From Pseudomonadota bacterium (GTDB lineage Bacteria; UBA10199; 2-02-FULL-44-16; DYJF01), in contig JBDRBB010000001.1 of NCBI GenBank assembly GCA_043823065.1, positions 1 through 64,000 of the forward strand: a DNA stretch of 64,000 nucleotides. The letters are read 5' to 3'. Numbering within the stretch: position 1 is the first letter of the stretch; every line of letters starts with the position of its first letter. Below the pieces are notes generated by a model, which was given only the letters and a program-made list of their open reading frames with translations, was not told the origin of the DNA and did not search any database. A program made the translations under genes and the position numbers. Positions 53,978-62,960 of the stretch are shown here, one piece after another.

Positions 53978-55045
53978 ATGGCTGAGGAAAAAGGTCAAGA
54001 AAAGACTGAAGATGCAACACCGAAACGGTTAAGAGATGCCCGTAAAAAAGGGCAAGTTGCTAAATCGCGCGATTTAAACACGATCATTGTTTTAATTGGC
54101 GGTTTTATTATTCTGGCCTTTATGCGCGGCAATATGGGTGAGGAGTTGCGCGCAATTTTTGAAACTAATTTTGAATTAGTGGGTAGGGGAGATTTGACCA
54201 CGGAAATGCTTTTTCGGGCTGGGCAGCAAACTTTTTTTTCTTATTTGCATATAGTTTTGCCTTTTTTTGCAGGCATTGTGTTTATAGCCTTTGCAGTGGG
54301 TTTTTTTCAAATCGGGCCGATTTTTTCTGCTGAGCCCATGAAGCCTCAGCTTAAGAGATTAAACGCCATTGAAAATCTGAAAAATATGTTCAAGATTACC
54401 ACCTTGGTTGAGCTTCTAAAAAATATCGCCAAGCTTACCTTAATTTTTTGGCTAGCCTATTCTGTAGTATTTAACAACCTGCGCCAAATCTTGCTTACTG
54501 TCACTGCTTCACCAGAAAAATCCATGCTCATAGCTAGTCAACTAATAGTAATCTTTTTAATTAAGGTCTTTGTGGTCTTTATTGTGATTGCTATTATAGA
54601 TGTCATGGTTCAGCGCTGGCATTATAAAAAACAAATGCGCATGACCAAAGATGAAGTTAAGCGCGAATATAAACAAGACGAAGGAGATCCTCTAATCAAA
54701 AGCGCGCGCAAACAAATGCATCGTGAATTTGCCATGAGCGATACCAGACAACAGGTGGCAAGCTCTGATGTGGTTGTTACCAATCCCACAGAAGTGGCTG
54801 TAGCCATTAAATATGATGATAAAGAAATGCTGGCCCCAGAAATAATGGCCAAAGGCCAAAGACTTTTTGCTCAATCAATTCGTGAGATTGCCGAAGAATT
54901 TAGTGTGCCTATTATATCTAACCCACCATTGGCTTGGACCTTAATCGAACTAGATATTGGCGATGAAATACCAGAGGAGCTATATGCAGCAATAGCGGAA
55001 ATTCTAGTTCAAGTTTATCGTCTGAAAGAACAAGCAGAAAAATAA
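53978..55045 (+). CDS. FlhB/SctU-family type III export switch protein
   Basis: EKTEDATPKRLRDARKKGQV, RMTKDEVKREYKQDEGDP, VVTNPTE, APEIMAKG; start ATG 53978. Confidence 0.93.
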   Translation: MAEEKGQEKTEDATPKRLRDARKKGQVAKSRDLNTIIVLIGGFIILAFMRGNMGEELRAIFETNFELVGRGDLTTEMLFRAGQQTFFSYLHIVLPFFAGIVFIAFAVGFFQIGPIFSAEPMKPQLKRLNAIENLKNMFKITTLVELLKNIAKLTLIFWLAYSVVFNNLRQILLTVTASPEKSMLIASQLIVIFLIKVFVVFIVIAIIDVMVQRWHYKKQMRMTKDEVKREYKQDEGDPLIKSARKQMHREFAMSDTRQQVASSDVVVTNPTEVAVAIKYDDKEMLAPEIMAKGQRLFAQSIREIAEEFSVPIISNPPLAWTLIELDIGDEIPEELYAAIAEILVQVYRLKEQAEK

Positions 55046-55055
55046 TTTGGATTAA

Positions 55056-55760
55056 CTATTCTTTGGCTTTACCCTGCATTGGAACAAAGGTGGCTGCGGC
55101 CAAGCGTTTGGGTTTGGTTAATACGCCATCTTTTTTGAGGTAGAGCAATAATTCTTGAAATTTGTTTTCGCCGCCCAGAGGAATAAGTAACCTGCCATTT
55201 TCAGCTAACTGTTCCTTGATCGGTTCGGGAATTTGAGGAGGGCTGGTGGTAAAGACAATAGCATCAAAAGGTGCCTGCTCTGGCCAACCCAAGTATCCAT
55301 CGCCAGCTTTAAGGAAAATATTTTGGTAGCCTAGTTTGCCTAATCTTTGCTTAGCTGTTGTAATAAAGTCTGGCACAATATCAATGCTATATACTTTAGA
55401 AACCATCCTGGAAAGTAGGGCGGTTAGATAGCCACTGCCTGTGCCAATTTCTAACACTCTATCAGTAGGTTTAAGGTCTAAAGCTTGCATAAGAAAAGCA
55501 TCTTCATAAGGTCGGTCTAATGTTTGGTCCTGGCCCAGCGGCACTTCAATATCAGCATAGGCTTTTTGTTGGTGTTTCTTAGGTACAAATTCTTCTCGAG
55601 GAACAGTGAGCATCGCTTCTAGAACATTTTTGGCTTTAATTCCTCGCCAAAGAATTTGTTTATCCACCATTGCTTTGCGTTGTTGCGCAAAATCAGGAGG
55701 CTGGGAATTGCAAGCCATGAAGATAGTGCAAAAAAGAATTAAGAAAATAAAGTTTCGCAT
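55056..55760 (-). CDS. Protein-L-isoaspartate O-methyltransferase-like lipoprotein (divergent)
   Basis: FMAC lipobox; VPREEF, VLEIGTGSGY, GDGYLGWPEQAPFD, FVPM. Confidence 0.85.
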   Translation of the reverse strand: MRNFIFLILFCTIFMACNSQPPDFAQQRKAMVDKQILWRGIKAKNVLEAMLTVPREEFVPKKHQQKAYADIEVPLGQDQTLDRPYEDAFLMQALDLKPTDRVLEIGTGSGYLTALLSRMVSKVYSIDIVPDFITTAKQRLGKLGYQNIFLKAGDGYLGWPEQAPFDAIVFTTSPPQIPEPIKEQLAENGRLLIPLGGENKFQELLLYLKKDGVLTKPKRLAAATFVPMQGKAKE

Positions 55761-55816
55761 AAGCAAATTATTTCCTATAGACATTAAAAGGTCAATAAAT
55801 TACGTTGCGCAACATT

Positions 55817-57541
55817 ATGAAAATAATTCTAAAAATTATATTAATTGTATTGTTAAGTTGCAACTGTTTGGCAGCAGTTTCTGACCAGCAAAAGAAGCGC
55901 GATGATTTGGTAGCTGAAGAGCTTAAGAAATATAAACACAAAGAAATCAAGTATGATGCATCAGATTTGTCAGCTAAAGATCAGGCTTTTCTCAAACGCA
56001 TGCTCAAAGCTGCCCAGATAGTTGAAGAAATTAATATGTTGCAGCTTAATCCGCATAATCTTGAATATCAAAAAGAAGTGCAAAATGTAGGTAGTCGAAA
56101 AGACAAAATATTGTTTCATCGCAATCAATCTTGTTGGTGTTCTGAAAATCAGGATGTGCTATGCAATGCCTGCCCAGGTTTGCCAGACAGAAAAATTGGC
56201 TGGGATTTTTGGCCAGATGATATGAACGAAAATCTGCTCAAGGATTTTGAAAAACTCCCTAATGCTAGTGCTCTACTCAGTCCATTTACTTATGTTAAGG
56301 CTGATAAATTTAAAAAATATAGCGCGATTCCATTTGCTTCCTATCCTTTAATTGCCGATCAAATTAAAAGATTGGCAGATGTTTTAAGATTAGCAGCTAC
56401 TGATGCCCAAGATTTAACTTTGAAAAAGTTTTTGCGTTCTCGGGCTAGGGCTATGGAGGCTAAACAAGCTTTTTCTTATGATAGTAGCGATTTGGATTGG
56501 ATTGGCTTGCAAGGACCATGGGAGCTCACTATTGGCCCCTATGAAACTTATAAGGAGCCTTTTAAACATAAAGCTCAATTTGAAATGTATTTGGGCCGCA
56601 TTCATCCTGAAGTTACCAAAAAACTAAATGTATATAAAAAATATCTGCAGGATTTTGAAAATCATTTTGCCAATTTTGTGGGCAAGGAATTATATAAACC
56701 GCGCAAATTGGATAAGGGAGTAGTGATCAGGGCCATTGATGTTATATATGCTGCTGGCGACGGACGTAGTGCGCACGGAGCTACAGTGGCTTATCATTTG
56801 CCTAATCGCGGCCGGGCCATTGAAAAAGGTCTGTCCAAAAAGGTTTTGTTAGTAAACCATATGCAGTTGTTTGGTCCATTAATGAAAAAAAGGGCTAAGG
56901 TCTCTTTGGTGAAAGATCAAGTAGCCTTAGTGCAGGAATGGTCTGATATTATGAACACCACGTTCCATGAGTTTGCTCATGGTTTGGGTGCGCATGAAGA
57001 ACTTAAGATAAGAGATGTTAAAGGTCGGCAAACAACGGTTAGTCAGGCTTTGGGTTCAATGGAAACTTTAATGGAAGAGCTTAAAGCAGACGTAGCTAGT
57101 CAATGGTTTGTGCCGTATTTGGTTAAACAGGGTTTGTTAAAACCAGAAGAAGTTAACAGTAGATATGCCACAGCAGTGCAGCATTTATTTGGTTTAATTC
57201 AATATTCTCTAAAAGGAACTTATGCCCAGATGGCAGCTGTGGAATTGGGTAATTTAATGGATTATGGCGTTTTAAGATATGATCAAGAAGAAGAGAAATT
57301 TGACATTAATTTTGAAAAATATCATGGCGCTGTAGAACAATTGTTAAAAAGAGTGGCTACCATTCAGTTAACTGGAGATAAAGATGGGGCGCAAGCTTTG
57401 CGCGATCAATACGTTAAAAAAGATAAAGGCGACCAATATCAGCTATTGTCGCCTTTGAATGATTTTATTGCCCAACTCAAACAAGCTTTTGAAGATGAAA
57501 AATTAAAAAGCTATGCTATTGATTATAAGGTTAAATTTTAA
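55817..57541 (+). CDS. Exported M49/DPP-III-like zinc peptidase
   Basis: Signal peptide, IGPYETY, LPN, FHEFAHGLG, EELKAD. Confidence 0.8.
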   Translation: MKIILKIILIVLLSCNCLAAVSDQQKKRDDLVAEELKKYKHKEIKYDASDLSAKDQAFLKRMLKAAQIVEEINMLQLNPHNLEYQKEVQNVGSRKDKILFHRNQSCWCSENQDVLCNACPGLPDRKIGWDFWPDDMNENLLKDFEKLPNASALLSPFTYVKADKFKKYSAIPFASYPLIADQIKRLADVLRLAATDAQDLTLKKFLRSRARAMEAKQAFSYDSSDLDWIGLQGPWELTIGPYETYKEPFKHKAQFEMYLGRIHPEVTKKLNVYKKYLQDFENHFANFVGKELYKPRKLDKGVVIRAIDVIYAAGDGRSAHGATVAYHLPNRGRAIEKGLSKKVLLVNHMQLFGPLMKKRAKVSLVKDQVALVQEWSDIMNTTFHEFAHGLGAHEELKIRDVKGRQTTVSQALGSMETLMEELKADVASQWFVPYLVKQGLLKPEEVNSRYATAVQHLFGLIQYSLKGTYAQMAAVELGNLMDYGVLRYDQEEEKFDINFEKYHGAVEQLLKRVATIQLTGDKDGAQALRDQYVKKDKGDQYQLLSPLNDFIAQLKQAFEDEKLKSYAIDYKVKF

Positions 57542-57542
57542 T

Positions 57543-57606
57543 CGTATCCTTCGACAAGCTCAGGATGATCGGACTTAACCGTTCGTGGTGAGCTAGTCGA
57601 ACCACG
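57543..57606. repeat. REP-like palindromic element between convergent genes
   Basis: ccttcgacaagctcaggatga ... ccgttcgtggtgagctagtcgaacc; same family as 61603-61668. Confidence 0.85.
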
Positions 57607-57615
57607 CAGATGGAC

Positions 57616-58197
57616 TTAAAAATGATATGCTACGTTGGCTTGCAGGGAAACTGGAAACAATGAGGTTCCGTTGCTATTACCGCCAATTGAATCAATCATC
57701 CCAATCGATCGAAGTACCGTGGCAAAACCTAAAGAGAATTTCTCGGTAAGATAAAAATCAAAACCCAGGCCTAAATTAGCGCCAATACCAAAGGCAACTG
57801 TGCCATTATCAGCACTGCCTTCAGAAACAGCGTAAAAGCCAATGCCAATCATGCCGTAAGGGTCCCAACGGGAAGGACTGGAAAGAACATAAAACTTTAA
57901 ATCAAAAGTTGGAATACCCAAGAATTCAATTCCGTTGTCACCAGCGCTGATACCAGTGCCATCTTCTGTGGTAACCATGACGCCAAATTGTGTGGAAAAT
58001 TGGGGAGACCAGCGATAATCAAAATAAACATAACCACCCACGCCTGGATCCAGCTCTGGGTTGGAATCAACCACAAAAATATTGCCCACTGGACCTAAAC
58101 CAACTGAAAAATTGCCAGCAGTAGATCCGGCATAAGTTGTATTAGATGAAATTATTAGGAATAGAGTGGCTATTACTATAAGTGTAATTTTTTTCAT
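57616..58197 (-). CDS. Small outer-membrane beta-barrel protein
   Basis: Signal peptide, alternating aromatic/Gly strands (DPYGMIGIGFY), terminal YHF. Confidence 0.82.
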   Translation of the reverse strand: MKKITLIVIATLFLIISSNTTYAGSTAGNFSVGLGPVGNIFVVDSNPELDPGVGGYVYFDYRWSPQFSTQFGVMVTTEDGTGISAGDNGIEFLGIPTFDLKFYVLSSPSRWDPYGMIGIGFYAVSEGSADNGTVAFGIGANLGLGFDFYLTEKFSLGFATVLRSIGMIDSIGGNSNGTSLFPVSLQANVAYHF

Positions 58198-58213
58198 GAA
58201 TCCCCCTTTTTAT

Positions 58214-58366
58214 AAATCCTAATATCTAATATCTAAATACTAAACAATACCAAAATTCAAATTACAAAATTCCAAACATCATGTCTAGGAGCAAATTCAA
58301 CTAATCGTGTTTTGAACATTTGAAATTTGAATTTGTTTAGAATTTAGGATTTAGATATTAGAATTT
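58214..58366. repeat. Long AT-rich heptamer-built inverted repeat
   Basis: aaatcct-aatatct-aatatct-aaatact-aaaca... mirrored by ...tgttt-agaattt-aggattt-agatatt-agaattt. Confidence 0.85.
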
Positions 58367-58973
58367 AAAATTTTATACGTACTTTTCTCCCCTTAATATC
58401 AAGTTTATTTTCTGCTATTAATTGAATAGCTTTCGAATATAGCTTGTGTTCCTCTTTTAGAATGCGTTCACTCAAGGTTTCCACTGTATCATCATCCTGC
58501 ACAGGGACCATGGTTTGCAAAATAATTGGCCCGTGATCTGTTAGATCATCAACAAAATGCACAGTGCAGCCAGAAACTTTCACTCCATATTCCCAAGCTT
58601 GTTTTTGCGCATCAAGTCCTGGAAAAGATGGTAAAAGAGCAGGATGGATATTTATAACTCGATTAGGAAACGCAGCTAAAAAAGTTTTACCTACAATGCG
58701 CATATAGCCAGCTAAACAAACTAAATCTACTTGAGCTTGTTTGAGTTCATTTATTAAAGCTGTTTCATATTCATTTTTGGTTGAGTATTTTTTTCGTTCA
58801 AGGATAGTAGTTTTAAGGCCAGCTTTTTTTGCTCGTTCTAAAGCTTGAGCGCCAGGAACATCACTAATAATAATTGCGACTTCTGCCTGAATTTCATTTT
58901 TTTTGCAGGCATCTATAATAGCTTGCAAATTACTGCCTCTACCAGAGGCTAAAACACCTAATTTAAGTTTCAT
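58365..58973 (-). CDS. purN: Phosphoribosylglycinamide formyltransferase
   Basis: SGRGSNLQA, LAGYMRI, NIHPALLPSFPG, GCTVH. Confidence 0.97.
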   Translation of the reverse strand: MKLKLGVLASGRGSNLQAIIDACKKNEIQAEVAIIISDVPGAQALERAKKAGLKTTILERKKYSTKNEYETALINELKQAQVDLVCLAGYMRIVGKTFLAAFPNRVINIHPALLPSFPGLDAQKQAWEYGVKVSGCTVHFVDDLTDHGPIILQTMVPVQDDDTVETLSERILKEEHKLYSKAIQLIAENKLDIKGRKVRIKF

Positions 58974-58976
58974 AGT

Positions 58977-60011
58977 TTAAATTAATTCAACAACAGGCTC
59001 GTTTGCTTTTTTTGCTTTTATTGAACCAATCTCATATGCACTTTCACCATGGGCTGAAATTAAATCGCACACATCTTTCACTTGGTTGCTAGGCAAAACT
59101 AATATTAAACCAATCCCGCAATTAAAAACACGAAACATCTCTGCTTCATCTAAATTGGCAATTTGCTCAAAATGTTTCATCACCGCAGGCATCTGCCAAG
59201 CCTGTTTGTCAATGCAGGCTTTAACGCCAGGCGGTAAAACTCTGGGGATGTTATCAACAAAGCCGCCGCCTGTAATATGCGCAATGGCGTTGATTTTAAA
59301 TTCTCGAATTAAACGGGTGGTGATTGGACTATATAATATAGTTGGCTCTAAAACCAGCTCTCCTAGAGTTTTGTTCATTCCAGGCAAAGGTTTATGCAAA
59401 TCTAGATTATGATCTTTAATTATTTTACGCACCAAAGAATAGCCATTGGAATGAAAACCGCTGGAGGCAATGCCAATAATGCTATTATCTAGGCGAACTT
59501 CTGTGCCATCTATAATATGATGGCGATCAACAATGCCTACGGCAAATCCAGCTAAATCAAAATCATTGCCAGTATACATGTCTGGCATTTCCGCAGTTTC
59601 GCCGCCAATCAACGCGCAGTGGGTAGTTTCACAAGCCTTGGCGATTCCCTTAACAATATGTTGATGCTCTTCAGGTTTAAGTTGGCCAGTGGCAAAATAA
59701 TCTAAAAAGAAAAGGGGTTTTGCTCCACAACAGGCAATGTCATTCACGCACATGGCCACTAAATCTTGCCCAATTGTATCGTATTTATTGAGTTCAATAG
59801 CTATTTTTAACTTGGTACCTACTCCATCTGTTGATGAAACTAAAACAGGCTCTTTATATTCCTTAGTGTCCAGGGCAAATAATCCACCATAGCCGCCAAT
59901 ACCAGTGAGCACTCCCCGACGTTGGGTTCTTTGGACAAATGGTTTGATCAGATCGACAAAATGATTTCCTGCATCAATATCTACTCCAGCTTTTTTATAT
60001 TGATCATTCAT
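58977..60011 (-). CDS. purM: AIR synthase
   Basis: TDGVGTKL, AMCVND, GGETAEMP, HSNGYSL, HITGGG. Confidence 0.98.
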   Translation of the reverse strand: MNDQYKKAGVDIDAGNHFVDLIKPFVQRTQRRGVLTGIGGYGGLFALDTKEYKEPVLVSSTDGVGTKLKIAIELNKYDTIGQDLVAMCVNDIACCGAKPLFFLDYFATGQLKPEEHQHIVKGIAKACETTHCALIGGETAEMPDMYTGNDFDLAGFAVGIVDRHHIIDGTEVRLDNSIIGIASSGFHSNGYSLVRKIIKDHNLDLHKPLPGMNKTLGELVLEPTILYSPITTRLIREFKINAIAHITGGGFVDNIPRVLPPGVKACIDKQAWQMPAVMKHFEQIANLDEAEMFRVFNCGIGLILVLPSNQVKDVCDLISAHGESAYEIGSIKAKKANEPVVELI

Positions 60012-60015
60012 AGAT

Positions 60016-60043
60016 TAGTATGTGGTATGTAGTAAGTAGTATA
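60016..60043. repeat. Short tandem heptamer repeat
   Basis: tagtatg-tggtatg-tagtaag-tagtata. Confidence 0.7.
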
Positions 60044-60117
60044 AAAAGTCAATCATTGGTCACATCTTAAAAGGTTTCGCTTGAGCTTTTCGGTTTGATA
60101 CTTTACATATATAAATT

Positions 60118-60903
60118 ATGCCTTTTGACCGAACAATTACTAAAAAATCAAATGGGGTTAATCCTTTAATCTTGGTTTCTAATGATGACGGATATGATTC
60201 TGAAGGAATTCAAGTTTTAGCCCAGGCGTTAAGAAAAATTGGCAGGGTGGTGGTGGTTGCTCCAGATCGTGAACGCAGCGCAGCTAGCCATGCCTTAACT
60301 TTGCACACTCCTTTGCGGCTTAAAAATATCGGTACTGATATATATGCTGTCTCTGGCACGCCAACAGATTGTATTAATCTTGGCATAAATGGAATTTTAA
60401 AAGAAATGCCCAATCTTATTGTTTCGGGCATTAATCATGGCGCTAATTTAGGGGATGATGTTCATTATTCTGGAACCGTTTCAGCTGCTTTAGAAGGTGG
60501 AATAATGGGCGTGCCTGCTATAGCAATTTCTTTGGTTGGCCGCAAAAATCTGTTTTTTGAAGCTGCTGCTAAATATGCTGTCAAGTTAAGCAAGATACTT
60601 ATCAAACAACCTCTACCTAAAGGCATAATTTTAAATGTTAATGTTCCGAATTTGCCTATGTCTCAAATTAAAGGATATGAATTTACCATTCAAGGCAAGC
60701 GTCACTATGGAAATATTATTGTAGAAAAAACCGATCCAGGTGGTCGTAAATATTTTTGGATCGCTGGTGGTGAAGCAGATTTTGAAAATATTCCTAATTC
60801 AGATTGCAATGCCATTGGAGCTGATAAAATTTCCATTACTCCTCTGCGTGTGGATGCCACAGATGAAAACAGCCTCAAAACTCTCAGGAAGTGGAAGCTA
60901 TAG
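60118..60903 (+). CDS. surE: 5'/3'-nucleotidase SurE
   Basis: ILVSNDDG, GTPTDC, SGINHGANLG, YSGTV. Confidence 0.97.
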   Translation: MPFDRTITKKSNGVNPLILVSNDDGYDSEGIQVLAQALRKIGRVVVVAPDRERSAASHALTLHTPLRLKNIGTDIYAVSGTPTDCINLGINGILKEMPNLIVSGINHGANLGDDVHYSGTVSAALEGGIMGVPAIAISLVGRKNLFFEAAAKYAVKLSKILIKQPLPKGIILNVNVPNLPMSQIKGYEFTIQGKRHYGNIIVEKTDPGGRKYFWIAGGEADFENIPNSDCNAIGADKISITPLRVDATDENSLKTLRKWKL

Positions 60904-60905
60904 CC

Positions 60906-61583
60906 ATGATGATCAGCCGCAGCAATAATCATGAACAAGGCCGTTATGCAGTAGCTAGGCGTCGGATGGTTTCTGAACAGTTAATTCCAAATGGTATTAA
61001 AGACGAGCGGGTTTTAGCAGCTATGTCTAAAGTTCATCGCGAAGCTTTTGTGGATAAGGGCATGACCAATCAAGCTTATGAAGACAGGCCTTTGCAGATT
61101 GGTAATGGCCAGACAATTTCGCAGCCTTGGATTGTGGCTAAAATGACTGAACTCTTAAATTTGCAAGGTCAGGAAAAAGTTTTGGAAATTGGCACTGGTT
61201 CTGGTTATCAAGCAGCAATTTTGGCAGAATTAGTTAAAGAAGTTTATACTATTGAAAGGCTAAGCACGCTTTCTATTCGCGCGCGTCAGGCCTTAAACAG
61301 ATTTGGTTATCATAATATTTTTTTTAAGATTGGCGATGGTACACTAGGTTGGCCAGAGAAGGGCCCCTATGATGGAATTTTAGTCACTGCTGGCGCGCCA
61401 GTTGTGCCAGAAGCCCTTTGCCAGCAGTTGGCAGAAAACGGAACTTTGATAGTGCCAGTGGGCAGCGAGGCAGTGCAAAGATTGATGGTTATTAAACGCC
61501 TGGGAAATAATTTTCGCACTCAAGAATTAACCTGTTGTCGTTTTGTAAAACTTATTGGTCAGCAAGGGTGGCATGATGGATAG
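60906..61583 (+). CDS. pcm: Protein-L-isoaspartate O-methyltransferase
   Basis: GQTISQP, VLEIGTGSGYQAA, GDGTLGW; surE-pcm-nlpD synteny. Confidence 0.96.
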   Translation: MMISRSNNHEQGRYAVARRRMVSEQLIPNGIKDERVLAAMSKVHREAFVDKGMTNQAYEDRPLQIGNGQTISQPWIVAKMTELLNLQGQEKVLEIGTGSGYQAAILAELVKEVYTIERLSTLSIRARQALNRFGYHNIFFKIGDGTLGWPEKGPYDGILVTAGAPVVPEALCQQLAENGTLIVPVGSEAVQRLMVIKRLGNNFRTQELTCCRFVKLIGQQGWHDG

Positions 61584-62382
61584 ATTAAGGTTAAAAAGAA
61601 TATCCGTTCGTCCTGAGCCAGTCGAAGGACGATTCACTTCATGGTTCGACAAGCTCACCATGAGCGGGGTTATCATTTGTCTGGTGTTTGCCATGTCTTG
61701 CGCAACTTCCTTTGATTCCAGAGGGCGCTATCACAAAGTGATGAGCGGCGAAACTTTAGATGTCATTTCTAAATCTTATCGTGTTGATCTGCAAGAGGTT
61801 GCCGAATTAAATAACATTGAAGATGTTAGACAAATTGAAGTTGGTCAGAAAGTTTATTTGCCGGAAAAAGAACATAAAGGCGGATATAAAAAATTACCAT
61901 TTGGAAATTATTTAAAAGAAGATGCAAATGGCAAGAAAAATGGTTTTGTTAAATATCACAAAAAAGAAAAAAAGTCAGTTGAGCAGGAAAAAATTGTGGT
62001 AGATCGCGGTCGTTTTATTTGGCCTTTGAACGGCAAAATTTCCTCACAGTTTGGTATTCGCAATGGTCGGCGCCACGATGGTTTGGATATATGCGCTAAA
62101 AATGGAACGCCCATTAAAGCTGCTGGTAATGGCAAAGTAGTATTTTCCGGAAAAATGCGGGGATATGGAAATTTAGTGATTCTGAGGCATGAGGATGATT
62201 TTTTTACTGTTTATGCCCACAATAGTCGTAACCTGGTTGCTAAAGGCAAAACAGTGAGCAAGGGCCAACAGATTGCCAAGGTGGGTAGCACTGGCAGGTC
62301 TAGCGGCCCTCACTTGCATTTTGAAGTTCGAAATGGACAAAAAGCCAGGAATCCTCTATTTTTCCTGCCCAAGCGAGGTTAA
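61573..62382 (+). CDS. nlpD: NlpD-like LysM + M23 peptidase lipoprotein
   Basis: AMSC lipobox, LysM, HDGLD and HLHFE motifs intact. Confidence 0.9.
   Translation: MMDRLRLKRISVRPEPVEGRFTSWFDKLTMSGVIICLVFAMSCATSFDSRGRYHKVMSGETLDVISKSYRVDLQEVAELNNIEDVRQIEVGQKVYLPEKEHKGGYKKLPFGNYLKEDANGKKNGFVKYHKKEKKSVEQEKIVVDRGRFIWPLNGKISSQFGIRNGRRHDGLDICAKNGTPIKAAGNGKVVFSGKMRGYGNLVILRHEDDFFTVYAHNSRNLVAKGKTVSKGQQIAKVGSTGRSSGPHLHFEVRNGQKARNPLFFLPKRG
61603..61668. repeat. REP-like palindrome inserted in-frame in nlpD
   Basis: ccgttcgtcctgagccagtcgaagga...tggttcgacaagctcaccatgagcgg; 66 nt = 22 codons. Confidence 0.88.
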
Positions 62383-62403
62383 AATATGCCAAAAGGAGAA
62401 AAC

Positions 62404-62919
62404 ATGGAAGCGCTTTTGAAAAAAACTATTCGGGATATTCCTGATTTTCCCAAACCAGGAATTATATTTAAGGATATTACTCCAATTTTATTGGACCATG
62501 AATTATTTGCTAAAGTAATTGCTACCTTAGCAGAAAGATATAAATCCCAAGGTATTAAAGCTGTGGTGGGTATTGAATCAAGGGGCTTTATTTTTGGCAT
62601 GCCTTTGGCGCAAAAACTCAAAGCTGCTTTTATTCCTATTCGCAAAAAAGGAAAGCTGCCTTATGAGACAGTTGAAGAAACCTATAATCTAGAATATGGC
62701 ACAGCCACGGTGGAAATGCACACAGATGCAATTCAGCCAAAACAAAAAGTTTTAATTATGGATGATTTATTAGCAACTGGTGGTACAGCTCAAGCAGCAT
62801 GTAATTTAGTGAAAAAGCAAGGCGGCAAAGTTGTGGAATGCGCTTTTGTCGTGGAACTGGAATTTTTAGAAGGACGCAAGAAAATTAGCGCGCCAGTATA
62901 TTCTCTAGTTAAGTATTAA
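62404..62919 (+). CDS. apt: Adenine phosphoribosyltransferase
   Basis: PDFPKPGIIFKDITP, ESRGF, DDLLATGGT; AAGGAG SD before ATG 62404. Confidence 0.97.
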   Translation: MEALLKKTIRDIPDFPKPGIIFKDITPILLDHELFAKVIATLAERYKSQGIKAVVGIESRGFIFGMPLAQKLKAAFIPIRKKGKLPYETVEETYNLEYGTATVEMHTDAIQPKQKVLIMDDLLATGGTAQAACNLVKKQGGKVVECAFVVELEFLEGRKKISAPVYSLVKY

Positions 62920-62923
62920 ATGT

Positions 62924-62953
62924 TGTCATTGCGAGCGTAAGCGAAGCAATCCA
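62924..62953. repeat. Single arm of another REP-like element
   Basis: tgtcattgcgagcgtaagcgaagcaatcc resembles a widespread GTCATTGCGAG...GAAGCAATC palindrome family; one copy in the window. Confidence 0.6.
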
Positions 62954-62960
62954 GTTATTT

